64,000 nt of DNA from Bacillota bacterium. Its GTDB lineage: Bacteria > Vulcanimicrobiota > JAJTBE01. The stretch spans positions 106-64,105 of the forward strand of contig JAJTBE010000030.1 in the NCBI GenBank assembly GCA_021287065.1. The letters are read 5' to 3'. A program made the position numbers and the translations under genes. Position 1 is the stretch's first letter. Each line of letters opens with the position of its first letter. The notes under the pieces were generated by a model. That model did not search any database and was not told where the DNA came from. It was given only the letters and a program-made list of their open reading frames with translations. This document shows positions 56,808 to 64,000 of this stretch, one piece after another.

Positions 56808-59800
56808 CTAACTGAGCTGTTCAACATCGGCAAGTTCTCTCTTGACTTCCTGCAGGGCATAGCTTTCGATAACATCGCCGGGCTGCATTCCGCCAAATTT
56901 GTCAACGCCGATACCGCACTCGAAGTTAGTTTCAACTTCCTTAACATCATCTTTGAAGCGGCGGAGCGAATCGATTTTGCCTTCGAATACGATAACGCCG
57001 TCTCTGATGACTCTGGCTTTTGAACCTCTGGTAATCTTACCTTCGGTAACATAGCAGCCGGAGATGAATCCAACTTTGGATACTTTGAATACCGCTCTGA
57101 CTTCCGCTCTGCCAAGCTGAACTTCTTCAAACTCGGGTTTAAGCAGACCGAGCATAGCAGCTTTAACATCGTCGATTATGTGGTAGATTACACGATAAAC
57201 TCTTATATCAATCTGTTCCTGCTCTGCGAGCCTCTTGGTGATGGGGTCGGGCCTTACATTAAAGCCGATGATGATAGCGCCTGATGCTTTAGCAAGCATA
57301 ACATCGGTTTTATTGATTGCGCCGACACCGCCGTGGAGAACATTGATGTTAACTTCCACATTGGACAGTCTCTGCAGAGAGTGGCGGACAGCTTCCAGAG
57401 AACCCTGAACATCAGCTTTAAGCACGATGTTAAGATCCTTGACTTCCCCTGCCTGCATCTGACGATAGAGGTCGTCGAGGGAAGTTCTTGAAAGATTCTG
57501 GAGCTTCTTATCTCTTGTTGCAGCTTTGAGGCTGTCGGAAATTTCGCGGGCTTCCTTTTCATCTTCGATAGCCTGCAGATGATCGCCAGCTTCAGGTACG
57601 CCTGAAAGACCGATGATTTTAACAGGAGTTGAAGGGAATGCCTTTTTAACTCTCTTGCCTTTGTCGTTAAGCAGTGCTTTAACTCTGCCCCACTCGTTGC
57701 CTACCAGAACCACATCGCCCACATTGAGGGTTCCGTTCTGGACCACAACGGTGGCAACCGGACCATGTCCCGTATCCATAAAGGATTCGATAATAGTGCC
57801 TTCTGCCAGACGGTGGGGGTTGGCTTTGAATTCCTGAACATCTGCAACAAGGAGAACCATCTCAAGGAGATCTTCGATTCCCATACCGCTTCTTGCGGAT
57901 ACGGGGACCATAATTACATCTCCGCCCCAGTCTTCTGAAACGATGTCATGTTCAGCCATCTGCTGTTTGACTCTCTCAGGGTTTGCCTCGGGCTTGTCAA
58001 TTTTATTAATGGCAACGATTACCGGTACGCCTGCTGCTTTGGCATGGCTGATAGCTTCCACTGTCTGAGGCATAACGCCGTCGTCGGCTGCTACTACCAG
58101 AACTGCGATGTCGGTAACTCTTGCTCCTCTGGCTCTCATCTCCGTAAATGCTTCGTGGCCCGGTGTATCGAGGAACACAATTTTGCGATCTTCGATTTCC
58201 ACTGTGTAGGCACCGATGCTCTGTGTGATTCCGCCGTCTTCGTGGGCTGCCACATTGGTTTTGCGGATGCAGTCCAGAAGTGATGTCTTACCGTGGTCAA
58301 CATGTCCGAGAACCGTAACCACAGGAGGACGGGGCGAAAGGAGCTTCGGATCGTCAATTTCCTCTTCGGGTTTGACTTCTTCTTCTTTTTTCTGCTCTAC
58401 TCTGAAACCGAATTTTTTAACTATGGAAGCGGCAAGATCAAAGTTGAGGTTCTGGTTGATTGATGCCATAATGCCTTTAAGCATGAGGATCTTAATAATC
58501 TCATTAACCTGAACTTCGAGTTTCTTGGCAAGGTCGCCCACTGTGATTGATTCAGGAATTTCCATCCATTTGACGGTCGATTCCTTCATTGTAACTTCAG
58601 GCACCTTGGCTTCTCTTCTGCGTCTATCCCTGTGTCTTGAAGTAAGGGAGAAAGTTTTTGTTCTTGTTGCAAGAACAGGCTTTACTACCTTTTCTTCCTC
58701 AGGCTTTTCCTCTACTACAGGAGGAACCTGCCCTGTCGTAGGGGTGATTATGACTTCCATCTCGTCGCTTATGTCAACTTTGAAGTCTTTGTGAGTTTTC
58801 TTTTTTCTGGCTTTTGCCTTATCAGGATCGGGGGTGCTGTATTTGTTTTCAGCCTTAAATCCTCTGTCCTTTTCTTTGCGGGTCTGTTCCTTTACCTCCG
58901 GAGGCGGGGGAGCATCTTTCGGACCTCTGGGACCTCTGGTCTGTTTCTTTTCGAAAGGTTTCCGATCGTCGGCATCTTTATCGGGAACATTACCAAAACC
59001 ACCGCCGAAGCCGCCTCTGCGATCGCCTCCGCCTGTGCGGGGCTGATAAGGTCTGCCTTCACCGGGTCTTCCGCCTTCTCTGGGGGGGCGCTGTCCGTCG
59101 GGTCTTCCCTGATAAGGAGGTCTTCCGCCTTCAGTTCTTCCCTGATACGGAGGTCTTCCTTCGCCGGGTCTTCCGCCTTCTCTGGGGGGGCGCTGTCCAT
59201 CAGGTCTTCCCTGATACGGAGGTCTTCCACCTTCAGTTCTTCCCTGATACGGGGGTCTTCCGCCTTCAGTTCTTCCCTGGTACGGAGGTCTTCCTTCGCC
59301 GGGTCTTCCGCCTTCTCTGGGGGGACGCTGTCCATCAGGTCTTCCCTGATACGGGGGTCTTCCCTCTCCCTGAGGTCTTCCTTCGCCGGGTCTTCCGCCT
59401 TCTCTGGGAGGACGCTGTCCATCCTGTCTTCCCTGATACGGAGGTCTTCCCTCTCCCTGAGGTCTGCCTTCGCCGGGTCTTCTGTCATCTCTTCTGTCGT
59501 CTCTGGGGGGACGCTGTCCGTCCTGTCTTCCCTGATACGGAGGTCTTCCTTCGCCGGGTCTTCTGTCATCTCTGGGGGGTCTGCCGTCTTCTGATCTTCC
59601 CTGATAAGGGGGTCTGCCTTCGCCGGGTCTTCTGTCATTCTGTGGTCTTCTGTCATCACCCTGACGTCTGTCCTGTGAATAAGGAGGAGCGGTTCTTGCA
59701 GGTCTTTCTGTCTGTTCATGGCGAACAGGAGCCTGCGATCTTTCGCTTGTTTCCCGCGGGCGGGCTTCAGCGGCCGGTCTCTCGGCAGCTTCTGATTTCG

Positions 59801-60263
59801 GAGTCTGAACGGGTTTTTCCTGGGGAACGGGCTGATTGACAACGGGAGCGGATGAACGGACTTCTGGTCCTGCTGTTACCTGTTCTTGAGGCTTTACGGC
59901 AGCAGCCTGAGCCGGTTCAGCGGGCCTTGGAGCCTGCTGTACAGATCTCTCCTGAGCTACGGGAGCAGTTCCTGCTCTCTCAGCCGGTTTGTCCATAGCG
60001 GCCGGTGCTGGTCTTTCCACCGGGCGGGTTGATTCCACAACCTGAGGCTGCGGCTGTATAACTCTTGGAGGCATAGGTTTGCCTTCCTTCATAGCTTTCT
60101 TCCTTCTTCGAAATTCGGCAATTATTTCATTTGCCATAGTCTGATCAATCGAAGAAGAATGGGATTTTACTGTAATTCCGCGTTCGTCCTTCAAATAATC
60201 GATTAAATCTTTGTTTGAAACATCCAGTATTTTGGACAGATCAAATATTCTAACTTTTGTCAT
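56808..60263 (-). CDS. infB: Translation initiation factor IF-2 with a long Pro/Gly/Arg-rich tandem-repeat N-terminal region
   Basis: Start at [11 protein letters not shown] with RBS aaggga; the ORF track's earlier Met lacks an RBS. G-domain [29 protein letters not shown]. About 15 degenerate [23 protein letters not shown] units encoded at about 59030-59650. Confidence 0.9.
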   Translation of the reverse strand: MTKVRIFDLSKILDVSNKDLIDYLKDERGITVKSHSSSIDQTMANEIIAEFRRRKKAMKEGKPMPPRVIQPQPQVVESTRPVERPAPAAMDKPAERAGTAPVAQERSVQQAPRPAEPAQAAAVKPQEQVTAGPEVRSSAPVVNQPVPQEKPVQTPKSEAAERPAAEARPRETSERSQAPVRHEQTERPARTAPPYSQDRRQGDDRRPQNDRRPGEGRPPYQGRSEDGRPPRDDRRPGEGRPPYQGRQDGQRPPRDDRRDDRRPGEGRPQGEGRPPYQGRQDGQRPPREGGRPGEGRPQGEGRPPYQGRPDGQRPPREGGRPGEGRPPYQGRTEGGRPPYQGRTEGGRPPYQGRPDGQRPPREGGRPGEGRPPYQGRTEGGRPPYQGRPDGQRPPREGGRPGEGRPYQPRTGGGDRRGGFGGGFGNVPDKDADDRKPFEKKQTRGPRGPKDAPPPPEVKEQTRKEKDRGFKAENKYSTPDPDKAKARKKKTHKDFKVDISDEMEVIITPTTGQVPPVVEEKPEEEKVVKPVLATRTKTFSLTSRHRDRRRREAKVPEVTMKESTVKWMEIPESITVGDLAKKLEVQVNEIIKILMLKGIMASINQNLNFDLAASIVKKFGFRVEQKKEEEVKPEEEIDDPKLLSPRPPVVTVLGHVDHGKTSLLDCIRKTNVAAHEDGGITQSIGAYTVEIEDRKIVFLDTPGHEAFTEMRARGARVTDIAVLVVAADDGVMPQTVEAISHAKAAGVPVIVAINKIDKPEANPERVKQQMAEHDIVSEDWGGDVIMVPVSARSGMGIEDLLEMVLLVADVQEFKANPHRLAEGTIIESFMDTGHGPVATVVVQNGTLNVGDVVLVGNEWGRVKALLNDKGKRVKKAFPSTPVKIIGLSGVPEAGDHLQAIEDEKEAREISDSLKAATRDKKLQNLSRTSLDDLYRQMQAGEVKDLNIVLKADVQGSLEAVRHSLQRLSNVEVNINVLHGGVGAINKTDVMLAKASGAIIIGFNVRPDPITKRLAEQEQIDIRVYRVIYHIIDDVKAAMLGLLKPEFEEVQLGRAEVRAVFKVSKVGFISGCYVTEGKITRGSKARVIRDGVIVFEGKIDSLRRFKDDVKEVETNFECGIGVDKFGGMQPGDVIESYALQEVKRELADVEQLS

Positions 60264-60588
60264 CCTGTTCCCTTTCTTGAGGTTCACCCTTCATACCGGT
60301 CTGGTTCTCCGAAATCTGCTGAAGAATCGCCGCAAGATCTCCTGACAGGCGATTTAGATGCATTCTGCGGAATCGTTTCCCGGTAAGAAACTCCTTAATA
60401 CATCCATTATTCAGGCAGATATAAATTCCTTTTCCCTTTAATGTCCTCTTTTGGTCGTGATGGAGCAATCCATCTTCCGACCTGCCCATCCTCAGAAGCT
60501 CCTGCTTGGGGCGGAGCTTTCTGCAGACGATGCACATTCTGAGTGGAATATGTTTTTTTTCGACATTATTATTAATAATCGTCGTCAA
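60250..60588 (-). CDS. ylxR: YlxR/DUF448 family protein (start uncertain, possibly TTG; 3' end overlaps the infB start)
   Basis: IPLRMCIVCRKLRPKQELLRM...GKGIYIC..NGC matches the YlxR Cys-containing motif. Sits between nusA and infB as expected. Confidence 0.6.
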   Translation of the reverse strand: MTTIINNNVEKKHIPLRMCIVCRKLRPKQELLRMGRSEDGLLHHDQKRTLKGKGIYICLNNGCIKEFLTGKRFRRMHLNRLSGDLAAILQQISENQTGMKGEPQEREQDDKS

Positions 60589-61921
60589 AATCCATTCCTC
60601 TCCGGTTCTTTTTACTTTTTTTCTCCGGTTTCTTTCCCGTTTTCCTGTCGGCTCCACCTGGGTTTCCGCCGGTTTTAACGGCTGCTGCCACAGCTTCTCC
60701 TGCTGACTGGTTTCCGGGACTGAAACTTTCCGGCGGCAGAGAAATCTCTGTACGGGGCATTCCGTCCGGGTCAAAGGACGCTGTAAGCCCGCCGGTCGTA
60801 TCTTTTGCCTGACTTTCGCTCTTAATGTCAATCTTCCAGCCGGTAAGTTTGGCCGCAAGACGGGCATTCTGTCCTTCCTTGCCGATGGCAAGGGAAAACT
60901 GGGAATCAGGCACAATTACGAGTGCTGATCTGTCGTCAGGGTTGAGCGTAACCGTCATAACCCTGGCGGGGCTTAGTGCATTGGACACAAAAGTAAACGG
61001 ATCTTCCGTATAGTTAATTATGTCAATTTTTTCGCCGCGAAGTTCATCAACAATCATCTGAACCCTGCTGCCTCTCGGACCTACGCAGGCGCCGAGGGGG
61101 TCAACATTCGATTCAAGTGCCCTTACTGATACTTTCGATCTGGACCCGGGTTCCCTAACAACATTCTGAATCTCTATGAGTCCCTGCTGAATTTCAGGAA
61201 CTTCAGTTTCAAAAAGTCTTTTTACCAGACCCGGATGGGTTCTGGAAAGGAGCACCTGAGTGCCTTTTACAGTTTGCTCTGCTTTGAGCACATATACTTT
61301 AATTCTCTCCGAACGTCTGAAATGCTCTGTCGGGACTTGTTCCTGGGGAGGTATCAGAGCTTCTACCTTATTAAGGTCGATAACCCAGTTGCGATGTTCA
61401 TTTCGCTGAACAATACCGGGCATGATATCGCCTTCGCGTTTTGAAAACTCGGTAAAAATAATATCCCTTTCAGCTTCCTTGATCTTCTGGATGATAACCT
61501 GTTTTGTGGTTTGGGCGGCTATGCGGCCGAAACTCTTGGGGTCCTCTTCCATTATTACATCAATGTCCATACCGAGGAAGAGTTCATCTTCGTCCAGCTC
61601 GTCTTCTTCTCCCAGATCCGGCATAAGGGTGGGATCCATGGGATGAATCTTCAGAACATGGCCCTGCTTCATCTTTTTTCTTGCTGTGGAAAGAGATATT
61701 TCCTCATTTGGCTCTTTACGCCGAGGGACAATTTTTAAAGTACCGATAACTTTTATGCTGCCGGTGTTCCAGTCGATGGCGACTCTGATGTTCGGTCCCG
61801 CCTCAAAAGTTTTACGGTACGAGGAAGTAAGAGCCTGCTCAACCGCTTCCTGCAGAACTCCAAGCGGAATGTTTCTTTCCTTTTCAATCTGTTTTAATGC
61901 CGTTATAAGATCCCCATTCAT
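60572..61921 (-). CDS. nusA: Transcription termination/antitermination factor NusA
   Basis: N-terminal domain, S1 and tandem KH domains. Strong RBS aaaaggagga. C-terminal Gly/Lys-rich tail. Confidence 0.9.
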   Translation of the reverse strand: MNGDLITALKQIEKERNIPLGVLQEAVEQALTSSYRKTFEAGPNIRVAIDWNTGSIKVIGTLKIVPRRKEPNEEISLSTARKKMKQGHVLKIHPMDPTLMPDLGEEDELDEDELFLGMDIDVIMEEDPKSFGRIAAQTTKQVIIQKIKEAERDIIFTEFSKREGDIMPGIVQRNEHRNWVIDLNKVEALIPPQEQVPTEHFRRSERIKVYVLKAEQTVKGTQVLLSRTHPGLVKRLFETEVPEIQQGLIEIQNVVREPGSRSKVSVRALESNVDPLGACVGPRGSRVQMIVDELRGEKIDIINYTEDPFTFVSNALSPARVMTVTLNPDDRSALVIVPDSQFSLAIGKEGQNARLAAKLTGWKIDIKSESQAKDTTGGLTASFDPDGMPRTEISLPPESFSPGNQSAGEAVAAAVKTGGNPGGADRKTGKKPEKKSKKNRRGMDFDDDY

Positions 61922-61959
61922 CGGGTTTCCTCCTTTTAGGATGCTGACGGAAAACAGAC

Positions 61960-62244
61960 CTATCCTCCTAATTTTTCAGAGTCGATCCCCGGCGATGCCA
62001 CCTCCAGGAAATATTTTTCCTCGATTATATCCACTTCGTCGAGTTTCGCACTGAGCGCCCTGGAGAATGCTTCGCAGTCAGACAGCATGATGCCGCCTTC
62101 CTTGTTAATAATAACGCGAAGAATCCTTCGACCGTACTCTTTCACGAATTCGGTTCGAACGACCGTCAACCCCAGTTGATCCTGTACTTCATCCGCAAGT
62201 TTGCGGATTTCTTTACTTATACCGGGACGTCTCTTATTTTCCAA
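61960..62244 (-). CDS. rimP: Ribosome maturation factor RimP, short form (N-terminal domain only, 94 aa)
   Basis: Contains LEVASPGIDS (the SPG motif of the RimP N-domain). Stops in all three frames before nusA, so the C-terminal domain is absent. Confidence 0.65.
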   Translation of the reverse strand: MENKRRPGISKEIRKLADEVQDQLGLTVVRTEFVKEYGRRILRVIINKEGGIMLSDCEAFSRALSAKLDEVDIIEEKYFLEVASPGIDSEKLGG

Positions 62245-62691
62245 CTCAATTCTCCTTTTTGCCTATAAAAAAGAGTGGGGAAATCCCACTCTCAAATAGT
62301 CGGAGAGTTTTTCCATCCTAATATAGCACAAACATTAGTCTTTGTAAAGTATTTGGAAAAAAGACATGTTATGTAAACACGTGACACAAGTCAATAAAAA
62401 TTTTTTTATTTAAATACTTTTACATGATTAAACCCCTTCCGCCGGAATGAAATGAGCCGATTTTTAAAATATTTTTTCAGTGCCCGATTTTGAAAGATCC
62501 GAAGTGGGAAAAACAGACTCTGATTTTTAAAAACAGGCATGTTTATATTTTGTCATGTAGTTGATACATAAGGCATAGGACCGATTCGCGTTACATGTTC
62601 AAGAATTTTTAACATTTTTTGTGTTGCATTTTGTAAGTGTCCATACTACAATAAGGCTCGTCAAAGACAAACCGAAAGAAGAGATTAGTAA

Positions 62692-63171
62692 ATGAACATA
62701 GACAGAATATACAATATACCCGGTGCAATGAGCATCAAGCGGGATGTGGAGAGAATCGCCAACGACCTCGTTAAATACGACAATATGGATCGTGTTGACC
62801 TCAGCAAAAAAGAAGGCGAAGTCGTCATCTCCCTGCGTGAAATGAAAAATGCAGGACTCCAGGAAGCTGTAAAGGTTTCAGGAAGCCCGGTTTTTACCGA
62901 CAGAATTCAGTTCGCCCACATTAACTATGATGTGAAAACAAGAGAAGTCAAAGCTGCCGACATTAAAACCATCAGGGTTTTTAACTCAGCCTACGGCGAA
63001 GGAATCGGCGAGCAGAAGCATTTCCGTTTCGAGGAGAAAAAAGCTGACGGAAGAAATGTCCAGGTGTTTTACGAATGCCAAGAAGATCCCCAGACCGGAG
63101 ATTCCTGCAGTAAAGCTGCCACAGTGGATAAATATACCGGCAGATTCATCAAATACGAACTTATCGACTAA
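62692..63171 (+). CDS. Hypothetical protein (159 aa)
   Basis: ORF with RBS (agaagagatta...). No recognisable domain. A weak hairpin follows. Confidence 0.5.
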   Translation: MNIDRIYNIPGAMSIKRDVERIANDLVKYDNMDRVDLSKKEGEVVISLREMKNAGLQEAVKVSGSPVFTDRIQFAHINYDVKTREVKAADIKTIRVFNSAYGEGIGEQKHFRFEEKKADGRNVQVFYECQEDPQTGDSCSKAATVDKYTGRFIKYELID

Positions 63172-63252
63172 TTAAGCCGCAGAGCGGCGTTGATTGTATA
63201 TAAATAAAACCTCGCTGTTTAAGCGGGGTTTTTGTTTTTCGGGGGATTTGTT

Positions 63253-63558
63253 GCAATATCCATGAATTAAGGCATAGATTGGTCTGAATGATCGCGGGTA
63301 TTGGAGCGGTCTGCCCAGCTCCCGGAGAAAACTTTTGAAAAAGTTTCCCCGCGCCCACCCTGCGGGCAGGCACCCGCCAGACTAAAACTTTTGAATTGGG
63401 GGACCGACCGGGGGGGTGAGACCGATGGGGGGTTGGGGACCGTCAGAGGAAACCACGCTTTTTTGGAAAAGCGAGGTCTCCTCCGAGCCTCCTCCCTTGA
63501 AAAACAGGAGTATTGGGCTTGGGATTGGAGTGGTTTTTGCTAATTCAGCGGTATTGCG
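63253..63558 (-). repeat. MITE-like repeat, copy I (full length, reverse orientation, 29-bp insertion variant)
   Basis: Aligns with copies B, D and H1. Termini are ...ccatgaattaaggcat and ctaattcagcggtattgcgg. Confidence 0.85.
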
Positions 63559-63559
63559 G

Positions 63560-64000
63560 GAAACCCCTATTACAACCGCAAGCGTTCGCCAGCGATTGTA
63601 GGAGGGCTTTGTAAGCCCGACGCGGACCCGCAGGGTTCGCCCTCACTGCAAACTCAAACCTCAAAATCCCCGAAAAAAGCGGTAAACTCACGCCAATTGT
63701 AGGGGAGAGCCAATGTGCTCTCCCGCAGCAACCTTCCGCCAACCGGCAGCAGACATCATAAAGAAAACAAAACGCCAACACTGCCGGATCGCAGGCGTCT
63801 CGCCTGTCCCACCGGTTAAACAACCTCGCATGCTCTCCGCAATCTCCGAATGGAAAATTCCTGACAACTGCGGGGTTCGAAAACAAACCTGTCTCCACTA
63901 AAAATTGAATTATGGTAATGAGGAGCTAATGGCGGGGGTCCAGTCTTTCAGGGATTTTCCGGCGTAGGTGTCCAATCCGGGCGAACCTGCCGGTTCGCGT
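63560..64000. repeat. Non-coding GC-rich structured region with internal sub-repeats and a shared motif ctgccggatcgcaggcNtcNcgcctgNccc
   Basis: attgtaggagggctttgtaagccc / attgtaggggagagccaatgtgctctccc sub-repeats. The motif at 63783-63812 recurs at 21286-21315 and, in related form, at 60-85 and 645-670. Confidence 0.5.

Noticed and set aside
58791-59842. Long ORFs on both strands (58791-59594 plus strand, 58892-59842 minus strand, and others) inside infB
   Set aside because: They are generated by the low-complexity GC-rich repeat array of the IF-2 N-terminal region. Their translations are Ser/Arg- or Glu/Asp-Pro low complexity with no start context. The IF-2 frame is the genuine one.
63870-63895. 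tRNA-like T-arm motif GGTTCGAAAAC
   Set aside because: The acceptor, D and anticodon arms cannot be folded around it. GGTTCGAA alone is insufficient.
1-64000. CRISPR array
   Set aside because: No regularly spaced short direct repeats with unique spacers. The repeated elements here are about 300-bp MITE-like units at irregular, kilobase-scale spacing.

Overview
This is a 64 kb bacterial chromosomal window, roughly 45-48% GC by eye, from a motile organism with c-di-GMP signalling. The evidence for that is motA-motB, a YcgR-like PilZ protein, a FliA-type sigma factor and a GAF-GGDEF cyclase. Conserved housekeeping blocks are present: rimP-nusA-ylxR-infB-rbfA-nrnA, whiA-gap-pgk, rsmG, gatA, rluD and an mtaB-like methylthiotransferase. 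They are interleaved with accessory genes carrying eukaryote-like domains: annexin, ankyrin, WD40, PQQ beta-propeller, TPR, and three Ser/Thr-kinase-like proteins, one of them a clear pseudokinase. The most striking gene (14898-18290) encodes a 1130-aa protein with at least five canonical annexin repeats, a Gly/Ala-rich hydrophobic segment, an MtfA/anthrax-LF-like HExxH...E zincin domain and a Gly/Met-rich tail. A small RBS-led ORF, a DUF4097 adhesin-like gene and the GGDEF gene lie immediately downstream. The window is also densely populated with a non-coding, roughly 300-bp MITE-like interspersed repeat, apparently undescribed. There are about ten full or partial copies in both orientations, each with an approximately 18-bp terminal inverted repeat and two perfect internal palindromes. 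One variant carries a 29-bp GC-rich palindromic insertion. Copies sit in intergenic regions and one abuts a truncated nucleotidyltransferase gene. Other points of note: a roughly 1.3 kb low-GC (about 30%) two-gene islet, tandem peptide-repeat arrays in IF-2 and MotB, a probable 1-nt indel disrupting the 5' end of the mtaB-like gene, and an unusually short rimP. No rRNA, tRNA or CRISPR array was detected by eye.
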